Made by a program: the position numbers and the translations under genes | Notes under the pieces: generated by a model | The model's input: the letters and a program-made list of their open reading frames with translations, nothing else | What the model was told of the DNA's origin: nothing | Database searches by the model: none | In this document: positions 5,399 to 15,164 of the stretch, one piece after another | How the letters are laid out: the number at the start of each line of letters is the position of its first letter | Numbering within the stretch: the first letter of the stretch is position 1 | Source of the DNA: a virus | Virus genome (UHGV): UHGV-0008794 | Length of the DNA: 56,220 nt | Strand: one strand, 5' to 3'

Positions 5399-8098
5399 CT
5401 ATACTGTAAGTGCTTTCTGAATAGTAGATGTTGAGACGCCAAGACTATCAGCTATCTCAGCAAGGGTATAACCATTAGCCTCAAGAGCTTTAGCTTTCGA
5501 TACTTTGCCTGGGCTCATGCCTTTAAACTCTCTAGGCATAGCTAACTGTTTAAGAGTATCTAGATCCGAGTTGTTGATGATCTGCTTAAGTTTGTTAGAA
5601 GAGATAGCACCAGCTTGAATAGCTTCCCATTCAGAAGACGTTATCTGTATCTGTTGTTTACCAGCCCCCGTTTTAGCACGAGCCTTAATAAGAGCTCTGG
5701 ATTTAAGCTTTTTAATATCATCACTATCTAGATTAGGATTTGCATCTCGTACAGCTTTAACTTCGGCATTGGCTAATAGCTGGGCCTTTCTTTCTAAAGG
5801 TCTATTCTTTAATGCTGTGTTAAGCTTAGCATCCAAAGAAGAAACCTCTTTGTTATACTTCTTCTTAGCCTCAGGAGAATACGGAATTGGCTTGGTATTA
5901 CGAGACTGGATACGGGCTTGATTTGCTAGTGATTTTAATTTATTAGCATGTTCAGCATATACACTTTCAATCATAGTTCCAGAAGACAAAGAATATGCAT
6001 CACTTGTGTCCGCCATCTTTGTAGTCTTCTGTAAACGAAGAACTTCTTTCCCTGATTTATTCGTGTATGTTTCGCCAGTCTCTCGAAATATCTTTTCACC
6101 ACGGTTATAACGCGTCAATTCTTCAGGAGTCATATTCTTAGTGCTTGTAATTTCTTTTCTTACAGGCACTCGTTTATCACCTGAAGCTCGAGAAATAAGA
6201 GTTGAAGCTCCTGCATTTTCTCGACCTTGATATTTCTTCTTCAAAGCGCGAATATTATTATCAATCTCCGATTGTTTATAATTTAAATTATGCTTCTCGG
6301 CATCAATAACAACCATTGAATGACGAACTGCTGCCGCAATTTCATTCGGATCCGCACCTCGAATAGTCATATCAGTAATTAGATTTGAAACATCGCCCAT
6401 TTGACGTTGTTTATTAAATCCAGAACCTTTATCGCCAGTACGAATCATTCCAGGATATGCTGGATATGAAACCTTAGGATCAAAATCTTTCAAACCTTTC
6501 AATGGATCTGACGTTCGAATATTCGCACCACTCATTGGAATAACAAGAACTGTATCACCATCAAAGTCCGCACCAGACAAACGCTCAGCAACTTTAGGAT
6601 TAATACCGACAGCATCTTTAGCATTATGAATAAGACTATTAGCCGTTTTATGCTTATTATTCACTGTAAGTTCAGGAATCTCAAATGTTCCTCCATGAGG
6701 ATATCGAACCAAAGCTACTCGTTCACCATTACGAAATGAAGGAGCATAAATCTCGGTGTCTTTCATATCAGGGAATGGTAAAATAACTTTGGATGCCTGA
6801 CGAGGAAGACCGGCAGCTTTTAGATGAACAGCAGCTGAATCGCAACCATCAGCAAATTTTTCAAGAAGCTGTTGTTTGATAATGGGATTCTCTAATTTTA
6901 TAATCTCATTATATTCTTCAGCTTTAAGATCATAAGCCAATTTCAATTGCTTTTTTGCAAGCATGGGAGACTGTTTAGATAACATCTGAGAAGATAAGCT
7001 TTTTCGCCAAACGTTCCAATCGCCTTCTTCGTTAACGATATTTAAAGCCGATTGCTGTTTTTTACCATTCTTGTCGATGTAATATCGCTGAGCCATGACT
7101 AAGCGATCTTCACCCTTAATGGTTGCGCCAAAAGGATTATCAGAATCTTTCTTCATAGGTTTTAAAACACTATGGTCTTTTTCTCCGAGCATCGGAGTTC
7201 CTTTAGATTTGTTAGTGTTAAAGACAATGTCAACGCCTTCGGGCATGTTATCGCTATACATAGCCATACCCTTAATATAATGAGTGCCATCAACAGCAAT
7301 TCGAACTTGAGCATAACGAGCGTTACCTAAGGAAATATCATCAACACCTCGACGAAGCTCAATAACGCCATCTTTATCGATGCCACCATCCTCTTTGTAG
7401 TTAATTTTAACTCGCTTAGAGGATATACTTACTGGAGCCTTTAAAGAATCATATGAAGTTCCTTTATCGCTCGAATGATATCCAGGAAATTCAATTTTGT
7501 CTCGATTCTTAGAAACTTCAGAATATGTAGTACCTGGTTTAGCAAGAACCATGATCGATGTTTTTTTACCAGTGCCCATCTGTTCGGTCTGAATATAATG
7601 TCGAGTATATCCTTCTTCTTCCAATTTACGAATTGAATTATCCAGAACGTTACGACTTACACCCATTTGATTCTCAACGCCACCGCCAACATCAATATAA
7701 CCTTTCTTGTCAACAGCTTTTTTAAGCACATCGGCAGTCATGGTTGTCTTGTTTGCGCGATCTGTAGCTTGAGGTTTCAAATAATTACGAACAGTAGATT
7801 CATTAGTTCCCATTTTTTCAGCAATAGCGACATTAGAATATCCTTTTGCTTTTAACTTTTGAGCTTCTGAAACTCTAGCTGCATATACTTCATTTCGAGC
7901 ATTAGAATATTGAGAACGATATTGTTTAACGGTTAGACCGCATGCGTCAGCAACTTCTTTCTCGCTAAGTCCGCTTTTCTTTAATTCATTAGCATAATTA
8001 TAAAAGTCCGAATCGCGCTGATATGGATCATCACCGCTTCCCCACGGATATCGACCGGAATGGCGCTTAGTGCCATAATGATATAGTTCATCAAACAT
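5399..8098 (-). CDS. putative single-chain two-barrel (multisubunit-type, YonO-like) DNA-dependent RNA polymerase with HTH modules
   Basis: 899 aa; VRYPHGGTFEIPEL...SGADFDGDTVLVIPMSG matches the universal beta-prime active-site segment (RQPTLHRLGIQAFEP...NADFDGDQMAVHVPLS); several sigma-region-4-like HTH stretches at N- and C-termini; start ATG overlaps upstream stop (TAATG). Confidence 0.5.
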   Translation of the reverse strand: MFDELYHYGTKRHSGRYPWGSGDDPYQRDSDFYNYANELKKSGLSEKEVADACGLTVKQYRSQYSNARNEVYAARVSEAQKLKAKGYSNVAIAEKMGTNESTVRNYLKPQATDRANKTTMTADVLKKAVDKKGYIDVGGGVENQMGVSRNVLDNSIRKLEEEGYTRHYIQTEQMGTGKKTSIMVLAKPGTTYSEVSKNRDKIEFPGYHSSDKGTSYDSLKAPVSISSKRVKINYKEDGGIDKDGVIELRRGVDDISLGNARYAQVRIAVDGTHYIKGMAMYSDNMPEGVDIVFNTNKSKGTPMLGEKDHSVLKPMKKDSDNPFGATIKGEDRLVMAQRYYIDKNGKKQQSALNIVNEEGDWNVWRKSLSSQMLSKQSPMLAKKQLKLAYDLKAEEYNEIIKLENPIIKQQLLEKFADGCDSAAVHLKAAGLPRQASKVILPFPDMKDTEIYAPSFRNGERVALVRYPHGGTFEIPELTVNNKHKTANSLIHNAKDAVGINPKVAERLSGADFDGDTVLVIPMSGANIRTSDPLKGLKDFDPKVSYPAYPGMIRTGDKGSGFNKQRQMGDVSNLITDMTIRGADPNEIAAAVRHSMVVIDAEKHNLNYKQSEIDNNIRALKKKYQGRENAGASTLISRASGDKRVPVRKEITSTKNMTPEELTRYNRGEKIFRETGETYTNKSGKEVLRLQKTTKMADTSDAYSLSSGTMIESVYAEHANKLKSLANQARIQSRNTKPIPYSPEAKKKYNKEVSSLDAKLNTALKNRPLERKAQLLANAEVKAVRDANPNLDSDDIKKLKSRALIKARAKTGAGKQQIQITSSEWEAIQAGAISSNKLKQIINNSDLDTLKQLAMPREFKGMSPGKVSKAKALEANGYTLAEIADSLGVSTSTIQKALTV

Positions 8099-8655
8099 TA
8101 CGCTTCCTCCGCTCTCAACTCGTTAATGCATTTATCAAAAGTGATAATCTTGTCCATAAGATGGAAAATATCATTTGGATCTGGAACTTCAATCACAACA
8201 TTGCCTGACTGATATATTCGCAATTCAGCTTCGATTTCATTTGGTTTGACATCGTACTCAAGACAAAAGTATGCCATATAAATTTCCAACTGAACCATGG
8301 ATACTTCACTAACACCAGTTTTCAAATCATGAATTCGAAGTTTGTTGTTTTTGAAAGATATGGCATCAGCAGTTCCAAATGCATTATTGGAATAATATAA
8401 AACTTTCTCGGGCTCCATTTTAAAGCCAATTGCATCGTTGACATAAGAATTCAAAGTCTGTCCAGTATCTTCGAGTTTAATCCCCAAAGAAATAAGTGAT
8501 GCAGCCAATTCATGAAGTTGAGTTCCACGCATTGCAGCCATATTATTAGAATATACACGAATCAATTTGTCTTCATCATAGTTTACCCAAGCATGATTAC
8601 TAGCACTAAGAAACGAATGTTGACCGCTAAGATTTGAATGATTGTTCCAACGCAT
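8098..8655 (-). CDS. putative nuclease (possible PD-(D/E)XK fold)
   Basis: 185 aa; D...IHDLKTG...E.Y motif arrangement; located in nuclease/helicase/polymerase cluster; weak. Confidence 0.3.
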   Translation of the reverse strand: MRWNNHSNLSGQHSFLSASNHAWVNYDEDKLIRVYSNNMAAMRGTQLHELAASLISLGIKLEDTGQTLNSYVNDAIGFKMEPEKVLYYSNNAFGTADAISFKNNKLRIHDLKTGVSEVSMVQLEIYMAYFCLEYDVKPNEIEAELRIYQSGNVVIEVPDPNDIFHLMDKIITFDKCINELRAEEA

Positions 8656-8920
8656 CTAAAACTTCCTCCTTGTTTTCTGGAAATATAAATGCCGAGAACG
8701 ACATTTGATTCATTAGGTCAACATAGTAATCTTGATTTGGTTGATGAGAGGCATTGCCAGATCTTTTACACTCCAACGTTGCCCATCGATCGTTCCACAA
8801 AATAAGAAGATCGGGTATACCTTGATAATCTCCAGGATCAAGTTTTAAAACCATACATCCTGGAAATATATATTGCAACTCTTTCTTCAACTTTGTTTGA
8901 AAAGCACTTTCCTTAGCCAT
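8627..8920 (-). CDS. VRR-NUC domain nuclease
   Basis: 97 aa; GIPDLLILWNDRWATLECKRSG matches VRR-NUC G-PD...E-K core. Confidence 0.65.
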   Translation of the reverse strand: MAKESAFQTKLKKELQYIFPGCMVLKLDPGDYQGIPDLLILWNDRWATLECKRSGNASHQPNQDYYVDLMNQMSFSAFIFPENKEEVLDALEQSFKS

Positions 8921-8993
8921 AAAAACACCTTTTAAATAAAAAGACGAAGAGTAGAAGAACCTTAAATCAAGGTCTTATTCTACTCCTCTTCTA

Positions 8994-10262
8994 TTATAGC
9001 ACATGATTTTTCTGCGAATCAAGATTCTCTATAAAAATGGACTCATTGAAGTTTTTCTTAGATTGAATCGCTCTGAATATACTTGCGTCAATCGATGAGT
9101 TAGATCTCAGTCGATAATAATACAGATCGGAATATGGAGTATTGATCCTATCAATACGACCAGCAGCCTGTTCCATAATTTTGTATGAGTAATTCAATGA
9201 GTAAAATACAATCACATTGGTTTCCACACAATTCCAACCTTCAGCGCCGGCTGTATACTGAACCAAATATACCCATCGATCGCCATCTAAAATAGCCTCA
9301 TGCTTATGCCCATTCCACTCGGACCAAGGAATTTGATTGTTCTCTAATAGTTCTCTCAAGATTTCCAACTCATAATCGAAATTGTAGAATACGATTACCT
9401 TAGAATTCAAATTGAGAATACTAAGCAGTTCTGCAGTTCTAGAAATATCTGAATTAACAATTTTTCTAAAAACAAGACATGCTTCTCCAGCATTACGAAT
9501 TGGTCTTCCTTCAAATACGTGCCATTTATCTTTTGAAGCTTGCTTATAAAGCTCCTTGTCATAATCAACTAGTATATCATTAAAATGTCTAATAGCTTTC
9601 TTTTGATATTCCATAGTAACAACAATTTGCTTTCGATATTCTTCTAATCGATGACAATTAATGTAACGTTCAATTTTAGGATATTTGGAAAATCGACTAA
9701 AGACAGCATGTTCTCTAAGAAATTCAGTTTTATTTTTATAGAACCCATTCGCTAAGAACACCGGAATATAATCAGACCAAGTATCACCTGGCGTAGCAGA
9801 AAGCAGTATCCAATGATTGCTTTTAGAAATCTTGAGAAACGACTTAACCCATTTACCAGAACCGACTAAACGCTGTTCGTCAAATATAAAGAACGAATCT
9901 TTAACATTAACATATTTTGCGATATTATTCCAACTATCGATAACCAATTTTGTTCCCCAATAACTATCAGTCTTAGATAATAAAAATGGAAGACATTCTT
10001 GGTCCCACTCGCAAGTATTTCGTTTACGAGCAGTTGTAATAATATACAAATCTTTTGGTTTAGTCATTGGTAAAAGTTCGCCATCTTGAATTTTGCCTCC
10101 GCATTCATGACAAAAATAATAGGCGATGGAAGTTCTGGACTTGCCAGATCCGACCCCACCACATAAGATGGAGCCAGACCTTAGCTCGTCCATTGCTTTA
10201 CTCTGATGCGGATATAAACTAATATTCATCCGAGATATCAGCATACTTGTCGGCAAATTCAT
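8994..10262 (-). CDS. SF2 (DEAD/SNF2-like) helicase
   Basis: Walker A GGVGSGKS, DEQR Walker B (FIFDEQRL), motif III LLSATPG; start uncertain (track 10271 is TTG; ATGs at 10262 and 10229). Confidence 0.65.
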   Translation of the reverse strand: MNLPTSMLISRMNISLYPHQSKAMDELRSGSILCGGVGSGKSRTSIAYYFCHECGGKIQDGELLPMTKPKDLYIITTARKRNTCEWDQECLPFLLSKTDSYWGTKLVIDSWNNIAKYVNVKDSFFIFDEQRLVGSGKWVKSFLKISKSNHWILLSATPGDTWSDYIPVFLANGFYKNKTEFLREHAVFSRFSKYPKIERYINCHRLEEYRKQIVVTMEYQKKAIRHFNDILVDYDKELYKQASKDKWHVFEGRPIRNAGEACLVFRKIVNSDISRTAELLSILNLNSKVIVFYNFDYELEILRELLENNQIPWSEWNGHKHEAILDGDRWVYLVQYTAGAEGWNCVETNVIVFYSLNYSYKIMEQAAGRIDRINTPYSDLYYYRLRSNSSIDASIFRAIQSKKNFNESIFIENLDSQKNHVL

Positions 10263-10680
10263 CTTCGACAAGCGTCACATACATATTCTTTACGTAAGCC
10301 TTAACGCCAACCTTACCATTCACTTCCCAATTATAAGGGCGAATAATAAGATCAATATTCTCAATTTCAGCATAATCAAGAATATCAATAGTATCGCTAT
10401 TCAAACGATTCTTATGATGGCCAGTAATCGTAAAGATATTGGGTTCGATATTATCAAAACTTACTGCAACCTGAATATAAGGAGTCGCCTCATCACCTTC
10501 CTCACGAGGACGAAGGAATTTAACATTCCAACCCTCATCAATCATTTGATCTGCCAAATCCTGATCTAGTCGAACACAGAAATTACGCTTACCCGCAGCA
10601 TTGAACTTACTAGCTTCACCACGGAAATTACGGAACATGATATGAGCATTCTCAATTGCAATATTACCATTAACAGTCAT
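10219..10680 (-). CDS. putative ssDNA-binding protein (DUF2815-like)
   Basis: 153 aa; overall pattern and position between helicase and polymerase resembles phage DUF2815 SSB-like proteins; acidic C-terminal tail DEFADKYADISDEY typical of SSB tails. Confidence 0.35.
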   Translation of the reverse strand: MTVNGNIAIENAHIMFRNFRGEASKFNAAGKRNFCVRLDQDLADQMIDEGWNVKFLRPREEGDEATPYIQVAVSFDNIEPNIFTITGHHKNRLNSDTIDILDYAEIENIDLIIRPYNWEVNGKVGVKAYVKNMYVTLVEDEFADKYADISDEY

Positions 10681-13600
10681 TACTTTGCCTCTTTCTCAAA
10701 TATACCTTTTACCAACTCGCAATCTTTGTGCCAAACACATTGGGCACATTGATCGAGATTCAAATCTTTAACATCCGGTTGCGAACACCACGGTAGAATA
10801 TGACTTTCGTCTACATCGCTACTAGAAATATCGCTGAAGATCTCAAAGTCACCATAGCTCGAAATGTTTTTCTTAGCTTCATCAACAAAATTCACAAAAT
10901 ATGATTCATCGATGTCTTCAAGCTTGTTACAATTCTTAACGGTCTCGGATTCAAGCCAACGATATCCTTTAGTCCCAGTAGCAGAATGATACTTTCCATC
11001 TTTCTCACGCACCAATACTCCGCCGCCGCAACCAGACTTAATCGGACAGAAAGAACCAACCTTACCAATGAATGAATATGCATGACCTTTAGCAATCATA
11101 TTCTTTAAATTGTCATCAGAAATATCGCTGAATTCTGGATCAAGCCGCTTCGATTTCTTTTCTTGATCAGAATCGAGCTTTGCGTTAAATATACGATTGG
11201 TCAATTCTTTCTCTTCAGCAGAAACATCAGGAAGAGATTCATTCATATCCAAATACAAAGCGCTCGTCACAGATTTAGTTGTACAAAGATCTTCGAATCG
11301 AATAGGATCTTTAGAAAATAATGTCTTAAAGACATATGGTTCTTGAAACTGTGCACCAGTAGCTGTCCAACTTGTAGTTACTTTCTCACCAGTCGGCAAC
11401 TTAAATTCATGTTCGCCATCATTGTATCGAGCAATATAAACCGCATCGTTAACAATACACATTCGATCATATGTCGCTTCATGTTCGAAATTATAACCGT
11501 ACTTCTTGCCAAACTCCATGACGAAATCTTTCATTTCTTCCGTTACATTGGCAAGTTTGATAGAATCGGTCTTGATATGAACAACAGTCCAACCCTTATC
11601 CATACAAGCATTCTTCAAATCAATCATAAACAAAGCTCCACGCTTTGCCACGATATTATCAACATTACGAGGATCCCTAAACGGATTCTCGAACTTAGCA
11701 GAAGTCAATCCATAAATAGAATTGACAACTGTCTTCAAAGCATTTGATAAATCTTTGTTGGTAAAATCAGCGGTTCCGTCTTTAAGCTTTTCTACGAACG
11801 GAACCAACTTACCATCCAGAAGATCATCAAGCTCGTTATAATCTTTGTGCTTGATCAAAATACGCGACTTCTTAATATCACTAAATCGCTTCGTGTATTT
11901 ATCTCCAAACAAATTTAACTGCTCAATGCTCGTAGGATGCATGGATGCAATGTCGAACAACCCAACATTCCAATACATTCCAGGTTGAGCATAAACATAT
12001 CCGCCTTCACCGGTTTCCTCACCACGATAATAGCTCTTACCATGATCGAAAGTATATCCCGGAAACATCTCAGACAGATCAGTATATACAAACTGAGATT
12101 GAGGATGACGATCATTACCAAATATAATTCGAGCAGAATGCTGATTGGTTGTATCGTTAACACTCAGACCAGAAAGTTCTGCAAGAATTTGACGAGCAGT
12201 CCAGTCACCAGAAAGATGATTGAATACGGCTTCAGTAGAAATAACATCGTTATCACAATACTCTGCAACTTCTACCCATCGATCTTCCGGAACCGGTTGA
12301 TCCCAAGGAAGACCAAGCTCTTGATGATGAAGACCAAGCTCAATTTCCCACTTCTTCAAACTCTTCTTATTTACGGCTGATGCAAAATCATAAACATCGG
12401 TATAGGAAATATTGTAAGCTTCACCAAAGAATGCATTGCGACTGCCACTGACAATCTTTTGACTCAGATTATACAGCTCAATGTTACTGTAACCCAAATA
12501 TCGAGCATACAAAATGTGATTATCGTAACGACGACAATTAAAGCCAACAAGCTTCGCATTCATCAATTGCTCAACTTCTTCAGGAGTTGGATTAATCATA
12601 CGAACACATTGGGTATTGTCTCCTTGATATTTCCAATTGATCAAGAACAAATTAGGAAATACCTCAACATCGAAAAACACCAAACGATCGTCATTGTAAT
12701 CATTAACAAAATCACTTGGTGTCTCCGACTTAAAATGCATCTTGGCTACAAGCTTCAAACAATAATCAGCTTGGTGAGAGCTATTGTTTGCGAACACCAT
12801 GATCTTCGGACGCATATCTGTGACATCGTATGGAAGTCCAGATTCATATGCTTCCTCAAGAATCTTGTAAATAAAATCAACACTCGGTTTTGTACCTGGA
12901 TGATATTCCTTGTTAAGATTCTTCTCAATCAGAGTTCGCAATGCTCGTTCGGACTTCACGCTACTGAAGTTGAGCATCTTTTCTCCTTTCAAAGGCAACC
13001 CACTATTAATATGAGCCACAGGAACATCATTACAATAAGACAGCCTACGCCTTAATGAACTATTCCCGTTAAATACTTTAATCTCGATTCCTTCAGAATA
13101 TACACAACTCAATTTAGCGACATCACCATCGTAAATATAATGAAGATGAACTCCAGCACCGCCTTTGCTAAATTCACCATAGGTTGTTGGCCACTTTGAA
13201 GCAGCTTCCAAATTTAACTTAGCCGACTTCTCTCCATTCTCCCCTTTAATATCAAAGTCAATCACAATATGATTCAAAGGCGGTTTTACATAATGAACAC
13301 GAGTCGTTTGAATATCTTTCAGCGTAGTTTTAACGCTATCCCATTTACAAGAAGGAGTTTCTTTCTTTGTTGCATATTGAGCCAAACAATCTGCTAATTC
13401 GATATCCAACAACGATTCAGTCTTATCGAATATTAATCCGCATTTTTCTTCTTTGGTATCATTCGGTTCAGTTTTAATAGCTCCAGGAACCACATTAGAG
13501 AATTTCTCTCTTAAAAATCCACCATAATAATTTCGAACCTGTTTGCTATCATCACCAATTCGAATAATTGTATCGAATGTACGAAAATAATTCTTTAGCT

Positions 13601-14804
13601 CTTCACGGAATCGATATTTCGGCATTTTGTATTCAACTTGTGCTTCGTCACAATATGTTTTATACAAATCATATGCTTGCTTCAATGTTACACCATCTTG
13701 TTTATCAAAGATCAAATACGAATCTTCAATAAAATTGAAGAACACATCAGTCTTGAACATCATGTCTACGGGACGATAGGAATTATAGTAATTCTTACCC
13801 ATTTCCTTATAAACATCAAGACAATGTTGTGCAATAGCACCAAGCTCGAATGGAATCTTATCCATCAGATATTGATATCGGGAAGCTTCGATTTTCTTAC
13901 CGCTCGGACGAACATCAATCAAACGTCGAATAATACCAGACTTAGCGTCGGTAATCTTAACCGGACGATTCGTAGCCATGAAAAGAAAACAATTCAACTT
14001 AGAAGTATAACTCGCCTTATACTTTTCATTCATTATCATCTCTTCGTGAGAAATAATTGAATTAAGTTTCGTATTATCTTCAATTCGACTCAGATCACCA
14101 TCATGCTGAAGTGCAACCAAAGGATTCGATTTAAATGCTTCAGTAGAAAACGTATTATTGCTAGAAGCAAGAGCCTTGGCTTCGAATGCCGTATAATATC
14201 CTTCGAACAACATTTGAATGATGTTCAATATGGTGGACTTACCAGCACCGGCTTCGCCATACAGCACAATGAATTTCTGAATATCTCTACTGTCGCCAGA
14301 AACAACAGCTCCTATTCCCCATTCGAGCTTTGCTCTTTCCTCTGGTTCATAAAGAGTTCCAATTATCTCATCGAAAGAGCTATAATCTCCTGCTTCCAAA
14401 GGATATGACAACTTGTGTGAGGCGTAATCGTCTTTCTTAACTTCCGTATTAGAAAATATAAGCTTGCTATCCAATTGCTTATAATTATCCGGAAGATCTT
14501 TAACCCAACGGCAATAAGATTTCCAAGATCCAGAACCATAAGATGAAGCCCAAGCAATCTGAATATCTGAACTAGAAAACAAATCGACACATTTGTCATA
14601 CTCATCTTGAAGATCTTTATCGATAAGTTGACGAACAAAATATTCATCCTTAGACCAAAGTCCAGTATTCGGATCATACACTGCATAGAACGATTTGCCA
14701 CGAACCATAAAATCGCTGAAGCCGCCAACCTTAAAATCCGGGTATATCTCAAGAGTCTTACCCTTATCCTTCATTCGACGTCGAATTGTGTAAAAATCCA
14801 TCAA
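10680..14804 (-). CDS. fused replicase: P4/D5-type SF3 helicase NTPase + primase-polymerase (AEP)-like domain + family B DNA polymerase with 3'-5' exonuclease
   Basis: 1374 aa; Walker A GEAGAGKS with P4-primase C-terminal pattern; VIDFDIK...GGAGVHLHYIYDGD AEP-like; Exo I FFDVEVF, Exo II YCDNDV; PolB motif A FDIASMHPTS, motif B KTVVNSIYG, motif C HIKTDS. Confidence 0.75.
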   Translation of the reverse strand: MMDFYTIRRRMKDKGKTLEIYPDFKVGGFSDFMVRGKSFYAVYDPNTGLWSKDEYFVRQLIDKDLQDEYDKCVDLFSSSDIQIAWASSYGSGSWKSYCRWVKDLPDNYKQLDSKLIFSNTEVKKDDYASHKLSYPLEAGDYSSFDEIIGTLYEPEERAKLEWGIGAVVSGDSRDIQKFIVLYGEAGAGKSTILNIIQMLFEGYYTAFEAKALASSNNTFSTEAFKSNPLVALQHDGDLSRIEDNTKLNSIISHEEMIMNEKYKASYTSKLNCFLFMATNRPVKITDAKSGIIRRLIDVRPSGKKIEASRYQYLMDKIPFELGAIAQHCLDVYKEMGKNYYNSYRPVDMMFKTDVFFNFIEDSYLIFDKQDGVTLKQAYDLYKTYCDEAQVEYKMPKYRFREELKNYFRTFDTIIRIGDDSKQVRNYYGGFLREKFSNVVPGAIKTEPNDTKEEKCGLIFDKTESLLDIELADCLAQYATKKETPSCKWDSVKTTLKDIQTTRVHYVKPPLNHIVIDFDIKGENGEKSAKLNLEAASKWPTTYGEFSKGGAGVHLHYIYDGDVAKLSCVYSEGIEIKVFNGNSSLRRRLSYCNDVPVAHINSGLPLKGEKMLNFSSVKSERALRTLIEKNLNKEYHPGTKPSVDFIYKILEEAYESGLPYDVTDMRPKIMVFANNSSHQADYCLKLVAKMHFKSETPSDFVNDYNDDRLVFFDVEVFPNLFLINWKYQGDNTQCVRMINPTPEEVEQLMNAKLVGFNCRRYDNHILYARYLGYSNIELYNLSQKIVSGSRNAFFGEAYNISYTDVYDFASAVNKKSLKKWEIELGLHHQELGLPWDQPVPEDRWVEVAEYCDNDVISTEAVFNHLSGDWTARQILAELSGLSVNDTTNQHSARIIFGNDRHPQSQFVYTDLSEMFPGYTFDHGKSYYRGEETGEGGYVYAQPGMYWNVGLFDIASMHPTSIEQLNLFGDKYTKRFSDIKKSRILIKHKDYNELDDLLDGKLVPFVEKLKDGTADFTNKDLSNALKTVVNSIYGLTSAKFENPFRDPRNVDNIVAKRGALFMIDLKNACMDKGWTVVHIKTDSIKLANVTEEMKDFVMEFGKKYGYNFEHEATYDRMCIVNDAVYIARYNDGEHEFKLPTGEKVTTSWTATGAQFQEPYVFKTLFSKDPIRFEDLCTTKSVTSALYLDMNESLPDVSAEEKELTNRIFNAKLDSDQEKKSKRLDPEFSDISDDNLKNMIAKGHAYSFIGKVGSFCPIKSGCGGGVLVREKDGKYHSATGTKGYRWLESETVKNCNKLEDIDESYFVNFVDEAKKNISSYGDFEIFSDISSSDVDESHILPWCSQPDVKDLNLDQCAQCVWHKDCELVKGIFEKEAK

Positions 14805-14835
14805 AAACCTCCTTTCAAGCCTAAAAATGATAAAT

Positions 14836-14875
14836 TCACAAAATCTCCATAAAATCTACACAAAATCTCCACAAA
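14836..14875. repeat. three tandem ~12-bp direct repeats (minus-sense GGAGATTTTGTG / TAGATTTTATG / GAGATTTTGTG) about 30 bp upstream of replicase RBS
   Basis: seen directly in 14837-14872. Confidence 0.6.
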
Positions 14876-14894
14876 TACCCCGTTTTTAACGTTT

Positions 14895-15164
14895 GTGACA
14901 CTTTTCAAGGATTTGGCCTAAAAACTTTTATATATATACTATTTTACACTTTTTAAACTATTTTTTATAATAAAGTGTAACAAATATAACATTCCTATTC
15001 TCATCAGGTCTTTTGCCAAATCCGTTTTGTACAAATAACAATCACAAGTTACACTAAAGTGTCCTCTTCAACGCCGTATTTAGACATCATGTAGTCCATC
15101 ATTTGATACCAAATTTCAATTTGTGACACTTTCTGTGACACTTTTAAATTCAAAGTGTAACAAG
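14895..15164. promoter_or_regulatory. iteron-like array: at least 7 copies of TGTGACACTTT / AAAGTGTAACA (both orientations), including the palindrome ACACTAAAGTGT, in the AT-rich non-coding region upstream of the replication operon
   Basis: copies at ~14895, 14944, 14972, 15047, 15122, 15133, 15152; last three overlap the 3' end of ORF 15049-15663. Confidence 0.55.

Noticed and set aside
10892-14752. Nested minus/plus ORFs inside the 1374-aa replicase gene (10892-11095, 11915-12163, 11937-12380, 14363-14752 etc.)
   Set aside because: Alternative frames of a gene with clear PolB/helicase motifs; no independent support.
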